Below, in pieces: positions 49,549 through 61,900 of a stretch of 64,000 bases of DNA. Below the pieces are notes generated by a model. It had not been told where the DNA came from. It saw only the letters and a list, made by a program, of their open reading frames with translations, and did no database searches. Source of the stretch: Paramoeba atlantica (Eukaryota; Protista; Discosea); NCBI GenBank assembly GCA_977017575.1, contig CDRNVI010000160.1, forward strand, positions 1 to 64,000. Reading direction: 5' to 3'. Position numbers and translations under genes: made by a program. Position 1 is the first letter of the stretch. Each line of letters opens with the position of its first letter.

Positions 49549-52500
49549 AAACCTTTGGGAAAATAACTTTTAAAATACAATGGCCAAGAGAGTGTTGCCA
49601 TGACAATCGCCGAGAAGAATGTTTGCTGAAGTAGAATTTTTTAAATGTTTCTAAATATCCTGTCATCTGTTGTTCTTGGATTAGTTTCGAAAAACTTGGC
49701 AATTTGTTTCAGGGAATCGAAATGAAAGAATTTTTCAAAGAAAAGTTAAAAATAAGAATGAGAAAAAACTGAATAATTCTGAAAAAAACTAAAATTCAAC
49801 AATTTTAAAAAAAATAAAAAAACAAAAACAAAAACAAAAACAATTACCAGAGAATTCAAATGCAATTCAAGAGCAGGATAAGGAGGCCAAAATCCCATTG
49901 TCAAAACAAAGACATTTAAATCAACTTGTTGTTCCATTTCTACTCCAGCTCTTGTCTATTTATTATGATTTTTTTATTTTTTTTAAAGGAAAGGGAAAGA
50001 AAAAAGAAATATAACTTTCAGAACAAAAAAAAAAAACATAACGGAAATAAAAGAAAGAAAAGAAAAGAAAAAAAGAAGAGAAAAGAAAAAAAGAAAGAAA
50101 GAAAAAAAAAAAAAAAAAAAAAACCTGTTTAAAAGAAAGCACCAAATCTTTCGACAAATCAACATCCTTAAACATCCCCTCCAACTTAGCAGTAAAAGCA
50201 GCGCCACACTCAGCTCTCAACCGAGAAATCATCAACTTTTCTCCATCAATAGAAGCACTCCTTCCTAATAATAACCTTTTGGCCAAATCTTTCTTATAAA
50301 ATGCTTCAAAAACGTCCTTTCCGTTTATGTAGCGGAAGATGATGAGGACGTCGTTTAGCATTTGTTCTAGTTCCTTGGGGAGAGAGAGAGAGAGAAAGAG
50401 AGGAATGGGGGTGGGGGTGGAAGATGATTAGTTTGGTGAATAGTTGTTATTGTCAAGGAAAAAAAGGCGAAAAAAGAACGGAAAATAAAAATGAACAAAA
50501 AAAAGAAAAGAAAACAAAAGAAAAAAAAGAAAAAGAAAAAAAGAAAAAAGAAAAAGAAAAAAAAAAAAAAACAAAAACAAACCAAAACAAAAAAAAAGAA
50601 AAAAAAAAAAAAAAAAAGAAAACTTGTTCAGAAATAGATTTAGAACCACCAGTACGAAGTTTAGAATCAACAAATTTAGCAACAAGTTCAGAAGGTCGAT
50701 TTTCTCGAATATTCATAAAATATTCAAATCCTTCTCTTAATCCATATCCGAAATCTTCATTTCCTGATTTATTTTTGTTAGAGAGAGAGAGGGAGAGGGG
50801 AGAAAGAAAGAAAAGGAAAGAGAAAGAAAAAAGGGGCTGAAAGGAGAGAGAGAAAAGAAAAAGAAAGAAAAGAAATAGAAAAGAAAAGAAAAGAAAAAGA
50901 GAAAAAGAAAAAGAGAAAAAAGAAAAGAGAAAAGAAAAAGAGAAAAAGAAAAAAAGAAAAAAAGAAAAAGAAAAAAAGAAAAAAAGAAAAAAAGAAAAAG
51001 AAAAAAGAAAAGAGAAAAAGAAAAAAAGAAAAAAAGAAAAAAAGAAAAAAAGAAAAAAAGAAAAAAAGAAAAAAAGAAAAAAAGAGAGACCAGCAAAAGA
51101 GACACGAATAATTTCATCGAGTTTTCTTTTAAATTCCAAAACTTCTTGGACCATTGTTGGGTCTTTTTCCTGTGAGAAAGGAAAGAAGAGAGAAAGAGAA
51201 GATTTTAAGAACGAAATAACGAAAAAGAAGAGGAGGGAAAAGAAAGAAAAGATGATAAAGAAAGGAAAAAAAAAAAAGAAGAAAAGAAAAAAGAAGAAAA
51301 GAAAAAAGAAAAAAGAAAAAAGAAAAAAGAAAAAAAGAAAAAAGAAACAAAGAAAAAAAGAAAAAAAAGAAAAAAAGAACCAAACAAAGAAAAAGAAACA
51401 AACAAATAAAAAAATAAAAAAAAAAAAAAAAAAAATAAAATAAAATAAATAAATAAAAAAAAACCTGATCAGAAACAATCTGAGAACCGCGTGACTTGAC
51501 GTACTCTTTAAAATAGTCCCTAATTTGAATTCTCCCTTCCGAATAAGGAAATAATCGGTATAATAGACCCAAATCTTCGAGTTGGTGACTTTTCATTAAT
51601 TTATCAAATCTTTTTTTGTTGTTGTGATTAGAAAAGGGTTTTTGGAAATGAAGAAAAAGAATAAAAGAATAAAAGAATAAAAGAATAAAAGAATAAAAGA
51701 ATAAAAGAATAAAAGAGACAAATCAAAAAAGAAATAAAACAATTATTAAATTAAAAATTAAATTCTAAAAAATTCTAAAAAAAAAAAAAATCTCACCAAT
51801 TATAAAAAAAATTATTTCAAATTAATGATAAAAGAATAATAAAAAAAAATAATAATAATAAATAACAATCATAAATAATAATAATAAAAAATAAATAAAC
51901 AAGAAACAAAAATAAAATACCCTCTCTTTAATATCGTCTCCAAATGCCGAAACAACAATTGCTTATTCACAACTTTTAACAAACTCTTTTTCGTTGCTCC
52001 ATCCAAATACTGAACAACTCTTTTCCCCTCTTCTCCTAATCTCCTCTCTGCGTCCCGAATGTATTCTGAAACCTGAAAGAGAAAAAAGAGTGAGAGAGAG
52101 AAAAAGAAAATGAATTTTTGCTTTTAATAATAATAAAAAAGAAAAGATTAAAAACAAAAATTTAAAAAAATTACAAAAAAATTACAAAAAAATTAAAAAA
52201 ACGAAAAAAAAATAAAAAGAAAAAAGAAAAAAGAAAAAGGAAAAAAAAACAAAAAAAAAAAAAAAAAAAAAAACCTCCATCCCATCAATCCTCTCCCTCC
52301 CCTCCCTCCGATAAAAATCTTTCGTCTCTCTCAAAAAAGGGTGTTCAAAATAACAACTGTACAAATCAAGAGAAACCATCATCCCAACAACACTCTGTAA
52401 AATAGACCAAGAGACCGCCTCTCCTTGTCTTTCTTTTTTGATCTGTTTTTTTTGTGGGGTGAATTTGAGAATAGAAAAGAGAAAGAAAATTGAATGGTTG

Positions 52501-53851
52501 AAAAATAATTCTGAAAAATTAAACAAAAAACAAAAATCACAAGTTGAAAAAAAAAATTTAAAAAAAATTTAAAAATTAAATAGAAAAATCCTTCTCAATA
52601 AAAAAAAAATTTTAAAAAAAAAAAGAAATAAACAAAACAATCACCATCTCCAAAACAGAATCAATCGCAGGACCAATCAACTGAAAAGCAAGAAGATGTT
52701 CCTGAAACAACTCCAACCCCAAATTCCAAATAGAACGAGAAGAAGTAGAATGAAGCACAAAAGTTCTATCTAAATAAAGAAAAATCCGACGAATCATTTT
52801 CATTTGTTCGCTGTGTGTTTCCCAGACTTTGTGGAGAGATTCTAGAAAAGGCGTTCCTCTCCTTTCTCTTTCTTCTGTTGTGGGAGGGGGAGAGAGGCGA
52901 AAAGGAGAAGAGGATCAATTTTTTTTGTTGGTAAAAAAGAATAAAGAAAGGAAATGGAGGAGGATTATTGAATAAAAGAAAAAGAAAATAAAAAGAACAA
53001 AAAGAAAAAAGAAAAAAGAAAAAAGAAAAAGAAAAACCAGTCAATTTTTTTAACATTTGACAAATATGAGAATTTAATTCTTCTTTCAAATCAGAAAACA
53101 ATTCTTTCGAATTTTGATTGGAACAAAGATTTTTAACATCATTGTATAATTCTTCTAAGTTTGATTTTGTTGATTGTTGATTGTGGATTGCCTGAATTGC
53201 TTCCTATTTATTATTATTATTGTCAAATATTATCATTATTTCTTATTAAAAAAGAATATTTTTTATCTTTAATAAAAATTATTAAAAAAAAAATTATATT
53301 CTATTATTTTTTTAGATTATATTATTTAATTTAATCAAAAAGAGAAAATGATTCTTTTTGTGTTAAAGATGTGATTCTGAAAATAAATTTCAGTGAAAGA
53401 AAAAAAAAAGTATGAAGTAATTTTGTATTAAAATTTTGTGTGTGAGGTTTTTCTTTTCGACTTTGTTTTATTTTTCGTTTAGAATTCAAGACATTGTTGG
53501 TAAATAATTAGACAACGAAGAAAGAAAGAGGGGAGATGAAAGGAAAGGGAAAAGAAAAGGGAAAGGAAAAAGAAAAAAAGAAAAAAAAAAGAGAAAAAGA
53601 GAAAAAGAAAGAAACAAACTCGGAGTTTGACCCAAGTATCAGCCTTAAAAGATTTTGGAACAGTCGATGGACCAACTTTAAAGTTGATTACCATTTTTTT
53701 GACTCCCCCATTTGTCCCTTCAAAAGAAAAAGAAGGTTAGAAAGGAAGTAGAAGAAGAGAAGAAGAGAAGAAGAGCTTTTTGAAAGAACTTTTTGAAAGA
53801 AAGAGGAGAAGAAAACGAACCGATTTGACGATTTTTCTTCGATGTAATCAT
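47845..53851 (-). CDS. CUL4: Cullin-4, multi-exon
   Basis: KKMVINFK...TWVKL at the N-terminus; [59 protein letters not shown]; [10 protein letters not shown]; neddylation domain [20 protein letters not shown]; ends [14 protein letters not shown]...YKYVA* (TAG at 47845). Confidence 0.92.
49139..49395. repeat. Intronic minisatellite, three units of ~82-99 bp, inside CUL4
   Basis: GGTTGTAAATTGTTTTTGGAGTTTGT(C/T)GGAATAATTTGGAATTTGGTAATC starts at 49139, 49238 and 49320. Confidence 0.92.
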
Positions 53852-54317
53852 TTTAAAAAGAAAAAGAGACAAAAGAGAGAGACAAAAAGAAACAAAAGAG
53901 AGACGAAAAGAGACACAAAAGAAAGAAAAACCAAAACAAAGAAAGAAAAATCACTTTCTTAATTCCCGACCCTCTCTCAAAATTAGCTTTAAAAAACCAT
54001 ACACCACATCGAGATTGGGATGGAGTTCAAAACTGTTTTTCGTTTTCTTTTTTTTTTATTTGTTTTTTTTTTTTGATTTTTTTCTTTTTTATTGAAATAA
54101 ATATTTCCAACTTTAAAAAAATTGCTCTTTCTCATTTGCAATTTAATTTTTCTTTCTATTTTCTTCTCTTTTCTTTCTCGCATTCCTCATTTCGATTCAT
54201 TGAAATCTCCTTTTTTCTTCTCCCTCTTTTTTCTCTTCATTTTCTCTTCATTTTCTCTTTTTCCCTTCTCTCTCTTCTCTTTCTTCTTTCTCTTCTCCCC
54301 CCCTCTCCCCCCCACTC

Positions 54318-55913
54318 TCATTTACACTCTTCTTCAAGTTCAGGAGGAACAACAATCCCTCCAACTCTCTCTTTCATACTCCCAAAAAACTTCTCCATCT
54401 TCTCTTGCAAAGGTTTCATTGGCTCAGGACAGAATTTTCGATGAAATTCCAACCCACTTTCCAAAAAGGGAAGAGTTTTTTGTAATTCGTCTAAAAATTG
54501 GGGGAGAAATTGGGCTTGTCCTTTTTCATTTTGGACGTATTCTGAGTTGAAAAATGCTTCTTGGTATTTTTTTACACCACCTGGGAAGGGAGAGGAGAGA
54601 GGAGAGAGAGAAAATGAGAAAAGAGAAAGAAAAAGAAAAAAGAAAAAAGAAAAAAAAATAAAATAAACAAAAAAAAAAGGAAAGAAAAAAAAAGAAATAA
54701 AAGAAAAGAAAAAAAAAAAAAAAAAGCAAATCATTTGCAAACCATTAACTTCAGCATCAATAACACCATTCAAAGAGCGAGTCAAACGATCAAGTTGCTG
54801 AGGGCCATACTCATTTGAATCAAACAAACGAAGAATTTCTTCCAATTGTTCATTCTTTTCTGCAATGTTTGATATCGCGTTTTCGACTGGTCCAATTTCT
54901 ATGTCTTGTTTTTTGATTACTTCGGATCTGTTTAGGATTCCTGGGAGTGGTTCTGTTGTTTTTTTTTGGAGGGGGGGGGTTGGGGTTGTGAGGAGAATGA
55001 AAAGGAAAAGAAAAAAGAAAAAGAAAATAAATAAACAAAAGAAAGACAAAAAAGAAAAAGAAAAAAGAAAAAAATAATCATAAAAAAAAATAAAAAAAAT
55101 AAAAAAAAAAAAAAAAAACAAAAACAAAACAAAACAAAACAAAAAAAAAACCAGCAGTAAAAAGAATGGTCTTCCGAATCCACAAATCCCGAAACTCATT
55201 CTCAAACTTCTTCTTCTCTTTCCGAAAAGTTTGTTTCAAAACAAATCTTTGAACATTATCATTTTTTCGAAAATTTTTCACATTTTCTTTCACATTTTTA
55301 AAATCCAAAAAACTCTTAGTTTCATCTTCCCAACCGCTATTTTCTGGTACAACTGTTGAAATTACTACATATTGTTTTTCTTCTTCTCTCATTGTTTCTT
55401 GGAAATCTCCACGAGATCTTAGGACCTTTGCGCCGGGGAACTGTGAAAGAGAGAGAGAAAGAAGAGAGGAGAGAGAAGGGGGAGAGAAGAGTGAGAAAAA
55501 GAAAGAGAAATAATAAAAAAAGATTGTCAAAAAAAAGTTAAGAGAGAAAAAACCTGGTTTTGCATTCTTGTTGAAAAAGCTGCAATTCTCTCAAGTTCAT
55601 GACCTGCATAAAAAAATAAGAAAGAGAAGAAAGAGAAAGAAAGAAAATGGAAGAGAAAGAAAAGAGAAAAGAGAGAAAGAGAGAAAGAGAAAGAAAAGAA
55701 AATGGAAGAGAGAGAAAAGAGAGAGAAAAGAGAGAAAGAAAAGAGAAAGAAAGAAAGAGAAACCTCGATAAACAAACTCACGATTTCTGAGACTTCGTTT
55801 AAATCCTTTTCCATAAAATCCCACATACGCGTACAGCGGAATAAACCTTTTATTAATTTAGTATTCTTATTTATTTTTTGTTTGTTTTTTGTTTCTTTCT
55901 TTTCTTTTTATTT

Positions 55914-55944
<31 letters not shown>

Positions 55945-58900
55945 TTATTTTTAACTATTTAATTATTTAATTACCTCTCAGTAGTTTTCAAATTATCTTC
56001 AATAACTTGTCTTTTAATCCTCGACATGTCACGAAAACTCCTCGCCTGCCCAATCATATCAATACCTCTCTTTTCTTTCTCCTCCCCTTTTTCTTTTTTC
56101 CTTTCTTCCTAATCCTATTTCTCTCTCTCTTTCCTCTTTCTTTCTCTTTCTTTCTCCCCTTTCTCTCTTCTTTTCTTTCAAAACCTGATCAATTTGAGCT
56201 GCGTCAAAACCATTAACCAGATCCAAAACCTCCAAAGCTTTCTCATATTCTTTTCCTTTTACAAAGTAATTCAAAGCGCGAAAACAAGAGACAAATTTTA
56301 GTTCTCCTTCTGATGAGTCCATTCCTTGAGAAAGAAAGAAGAGAGAGGGAAAAGAAAGAAGAAAGAAAGAAGAAAGAAAGAGGGAGAGGAGAGAAGAGAA
56401 GAGAAGAGAAGAGAAAAGATAAAATAATTAATGAAAATAAATCAAATTAAATTAATTGTTTTTTTAACTCAAATTATCAATCAAATTTATCCAGGGAATG
56501 AGAGTACAAAATATAAATAAAAGCAAAAGCACCCAATCTATCTGGAAAATGATCTTTGAGCTTTTGAAATAATAATATTATTTCTTCTCACAACCATTAA
56601 ATGAATAAATAAAAATGGTTCTTTGAATAAGCTCAGTATTCTCGTTTCATACTTAAAAATAAAATAAAAATAAAAAATAAAAAAATAAAAAATAAAAATA
56701 AAAAAATCAAACCAGACAAATGTTGCAAATTAACAGAATAAGGAAACCTCTCCTTAGACCACCTCAAATGAGTCACAAAAACCATAAAAGTATGAGCAGC
56801 CTGACTAAAACTCCCATACTCCACAAAACTCTGAAACATTTCAAGAAGATATGAATAATATAATCCATAACTCCCCGCATTTTTCATACATTTCATCAAT
56901 TTAATTGTCAATTCTGTCATTTGTTCTTCATCTCCTTGTAATGTTGCATATTCAAGATCAAGATAAACGCCCAAAGCATGTCGCACATCTCCAATCAAAT
57001 CAAAGACTTCTTGTTTCGCTTCAAATTGTAAAGTGGCCCATTTATCCACCTTTCCTTCTACACATTGCCCCAATCGAAACAAAAATGGATCAAAATGAGT
57101 GTCACGGTTTTCCAAAAGCCCTCGACTCTTCGTTAAACTCACAATCGTCTCGACTGTCCTCCTCCTCATCAAAGAAAGAGAAGAAAGATCAGAAAGAGTA
57201 CACCGAACAATACACAAGAAGTACATATCTGCCAACCAACACTGAAAATCCACCTCATCTGTTTGTGACGCAAAGTAGATAATCGCACGTGTCATGTCCC
57301 CAATAATAGGATGCTGTGACGCTCCTAAACGAAGCCAAACTCCTTCAGCAATCATACGAACCGATTTTCGAAGATCAATTGGAAAAATAGTCCCATACAT
57401 GGATTGTCGTGTCACAGATATCCACATTGTTTGTGTCAAAGTTGTAAAACAATCCAGAAAAACAAAACAAAGAGCAAGGAGCGCACGGAAATGGGGAAGA
57501 TTCTCTGAAACTTGTTGAGAATGAAAAGGAACTTTTGTTGATTTGGATAAGAAAGAAGGAGAGAGAAAGAAAGAAGATGAGATCGAAGAAGAAGAAGAAG
57601 AACTGGTGCCATTTTCTGGGGGGGTTATGACAGAGGGAGTGGTTGAAGTTCTTCTTCTTTTTGATTTTAGGGAAGAACCTTTTTCGTTTGTAGCGTGGAT
57701 TAGATGGTAAAAGAAGACCTAAGAAAAGGGAAGAAGAAAAAAAATGAAAAAAAAAATAAAATAAAATAAAATAAAATAAAATAAAAGAACCTCAATCATA
57801 CGATGAGTCACCCGACACTGAAAAATCAACAAAGAAAACCACTTCTCTCGAAAAGTATTTCTCATACCACACAACAAAATCCCCACCAAATACAAAAAAA
57901 TACTGTCAGGATGTCCCGGGTGTATGAGACACCAATTTCGAAGAGAGGCAGCAGAAAGAGAATCGAGAAAAAGTAATAAAACTGTGTATGCTTTGATGAG
58001 GTTTTCGTGAGATGAGATGGTTAGTTTTGGGGGGGGAGGAGAAGAAGAAGGAGGAGGAAAAGAAATTGAAGAAGAAGGTGAAATTGAAGGAGAAGAAGGA
58101 GCGCGAGGAGAAGGAGCACGAGGAGAAGGAGCACGAGGAGAAGAAGCACGAGGAGAAGAAGCACGAGGAGAAGAAGCACGAGGAGAAGGAACACGTGGAG
58201 AAAGAGGAGAAAGAGGAGAGGAATTTGCAGGAGAAAGAGGAGGAGAAGAGGAACCACCCTTTTTTGAAGAAGGAGAAATAGAGCGAGATAACATTTCCAA
58301 AGGAGAAATTGAACGAGATGGGGGGAAAGAAGCAGAAGGAGAGGGAGAAAAGCGAGAGGGAGAGGGAGTACGAGAGCGAGAGGGAGAGGGAGAAGTACGA
58401 GAAGAAAAGGAAGGGGTGGGAGAAAGAGAAGTGGGAGAAGAAAGATGAGAAGAAGGGCGAGAGGAAGGAGAAGGGCGACGGCGAGAAGGGGAAATACGAG
58501 ATAAAGGAGAAGGAGAAGAAGAGACTTGATTTGAGTCTTCATTCAAATCAAGTTTTTTTGGAGGAGATCTTTCAGAGGAAAGTGAGAAAGATTTTGGGGA
58601 GATGGGTGGAGAAGGAGAAGGATTTGAAAGGGGAGAGTTCTCTGGAGAATCTATTTCCTCAATCAAGAGGGTGATATTTGATGAAGATTCTTGGTTTACA
58701 AGACGATGTTCACCAGATGAAGTAGCATCAGATGAATTGACATCAAGATTTGAGGAAGAAGAGGAAGAAGAAGAAGAAACATCACAACGACCCTCTTCCA
58801 AACTCAAAAAAGAATTTCCTGGAAATGACCCCGCTTCCAATAGAGAGCGAAGATAAATCAGAAACGAAGGTACAAGCACCATCAACTTTTTCATAATTTT

Positions 58901-61900
58901 GTTTCTCTTTTTCTCTTTCGATTCCCTGAGCCAATCCAACACCATCCCAATGGAGTCGAAAACACTAAGCGCCAAATCTCTCACTCCTTCATCCCATCCA
59001 ACTGTACCACCCGAACCAGTCATTGTGGTTGTTGATGTTGTGGGGGTGAACTCTGTGATTGCGCTCAGTGGTTTTCTCAACCATTCGTATAATGACAACA
59101 AAAAAGAAACAACATAATCTCCAGGCCCATTCATGATCCCATGAGAAACAATAGCACAAACGAGATCTTTTACTTCATTTTTCTTCCACAATGCGGGGGA
59201 GAGAGACTTAACAAACTCCCCAACAAGCTTGAGAGCATCCAAATTAACAAGTTTAACTTTTCTTGCTGCAGACTGGATCATCCACAATGCAGGAGTCACA
59301 TCAACCATCGACTCAATCACGAGATTTTGTAAATCTCCAAGTAACTCCGAATCCATCTTAACAATTCGCAGCAATTGAACAAAGATTTGATACAATGAAT
59401 CAAAAGCAGATTCAAAGTGATGAAAGGGGGATTGAGCAGCAGAATGAGGAGTTGAAAGGTTGACAGGTAGAGTTTTAAATTGTTGTTGAAGTCCTTTCCG
59501 ACTTTTTCCCTTTCGTTTCCTTGGAGAAACAGAAGGAGTAGAAGAAGATGGAGGTTCAAACTCTGCCTCAGCTTTTTGAAGAGAAGAATGTAAAATGAGC
59601 AAAATCGTGTCTAAACCGTGAAGCACAGACTGTGATGCCATTTTAATAATTGGATCACTCCCCTCTAAACTCCATAAAATCATTGAAGCAAGATATGGAA
59701 ACTTATTTGCAGAAGTTGTACTTGAGAAGTGAGAAGACTGGAGATAGTTAATAAACGTCTGACGAACATCTAAAGAACACTTAATCGCTGCGGACATTTG
59801 CACAAAAACAGCAAACAAATGAAAATCAATCTTTTGTCCATAGTTTCCGTCCAAGATCTCAAACAATCGTGGCCCAATGATAAAAATACTTTGAGCTAAC
59901 TCGACAACATCAGCTTTTAACAGCTCTTGCAATTGAACCCCGATATTATCCCTCTCTTTTTGATTCAAAAAGGAATTTAAATGCTTATTCTGGCTGAGGT
60001 GATTCGAGACAGTTAAAGTTTTGACAGTTAACCGAAATTTCGCTGCCTTCTTATTTTCTCCTACTCGCTGAAGAATAACTTGATGACTTCCATTGGTGAT
60101 TCGAGAAGAATCTTGACACAAAGAAAGAGACCCTCGATACCGAATATTGGAAACTTCCTCCCACAAATTAAAGACCACTTTCATCTCAAAAATCCCAAAG
60201 TTGCCTTGAAAAGCCAACTTTAACACTTCATCAAAACAAAGAGAGAGAGAATTTCGAAGTGCTGGAGAAGTATGAACTGCTGGAGGTTGTTGCCTATCGA
60301 TTGTTACACATTTAATAGGATTCCCATTCGAATCTGTCACTTCGGCTGAGAGATGGAAAGCAGATCTTTGCTTCCTTTCATCTATTTTGGGGCGCTTGGT
60401 ATCGTCTGGTTCCAGGTTTTGGAGGGTGAGATAGATATCCGTTCTTTTGTAAAGAGAAAAGGAATGAGTCAAGAAAGAAAAATACATATGAATCATAAAT
60501 CATCATAAATGAAGTAAAAATTGTGAAAAATAAAAGGAATATCAAAAAAAAAAAAACCTTTTCCGTTCATTAAACCAATTCAACTCCAAGGGGACATTCT
60601 GAGCATGGATAGCATTCACAGGAATTTTCTTCACCGCTCCCCCACCACTCATATCACCAAGTCTTTTCTCCTCAAACAAATCGACATCCAAAGATAAAGA
60701 AAACTTAAAAGGCAGAGGAGCAACATTTGGAGAAGAATTAATAATCGATTCATGCAATTTAGGGAAAACATGACCTAAAACAGGTGTGGAAGGTTGATAA
60801 AAACACATTTGAATTGTACTCGAATCCAAAAAACTCCCTTTCCCTTTTTGTCCGACCTTTCTTTTCAACTCTGCCAATCCCGAAACACAAGGCGAAAACT
60901 CAACTTTCCAAACTCCAACACCAAGATAATTCTTCCACAAAAGAGATTCATCAGATTTACCAACTCCTCCTCCTCCTCCAACACCTCCTCCCACTGCATC
61001 ACTACTCGCTGCCAAACCTGACACAGAGAGAGAAGGGAGAGAGTGAAGAGGAGAAAATGCACGACAAACAAGATAAAGTGAGTCTGATTCGCAGTATCGG
61101 ATTGGGATACTTTTGAAGAGAATCGGTGCTCTTTTTTCCCCTTTTCCTGTGACTGATACCTTGAGGAAGTTTTGATGTTAATAATATTATTTAATATTTT
61201 TTTTGTTCAAATTTGGACACAATCATAACATTTCAATACACAATAAAACACAACAAAACAACACCCAATTGATAAACAAAATAAATCAAACTTGAATAGT
61301 CTCAGTCCTCGCAGAAGAACTCGCCTTATCCCACAAAAAGAAACACAATGTAATCGGCGATGTCACAGTACTTAAAGACCTCGTCGTGACACACAAATAG
61401 AAAAGAATCTCGTCTGGAATTCGCCGAAAACTATTTAAGCGAACTTTGGAGAAAATATTGAGAGATCTTCCTGAGAGTTTGTCACGTGCTACTTTCATTT
61501 CTCCTTCTTGAACTCCTCCTGTTATTTTTTCTCTGGAAAAAGAAAGTTAAAAAAAAAAGACATCTATTTTTTTCTCCTTGTTTTTATCTCTCTTCCACAT
61601 CCCTTTTCTCTCTTACTAAAAAAAGAAAAACCTCATTGGTTCCTTGGGTGGTCCGTTGACTTGAACCTGAATTTCAGAGAAGGAAGAAGATATAAGAGGA
61701 GCAGCAGAGGAGAAAGAAGATGAGACAGAGGAAGAGGAAGAGAAAGAGGAGGAAGTAGAGGTCGAGGAGGAAGAAGAAGAGGAGGAAGTAGAGGTCGAGG
61801 AGGAGGAGGAGGAAGAGGAAGAGGAAGAGGAGGAAGTAAAGGTCGAGGAGGAAGAGGTATTCTCTTCAAGAGTGGTCTGGGCAGTCGCAATTGCTAAAAT

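Noticed and set aside
2020-56216. Numerous poly-Phe/Lys/Arg-Glu ORFs in the track (e.g. 3104..3517, 6382..6627, 50453..51478)
   Set aside because: They are translations of T-, A- or AG-rich intronic and intergenic tracts.
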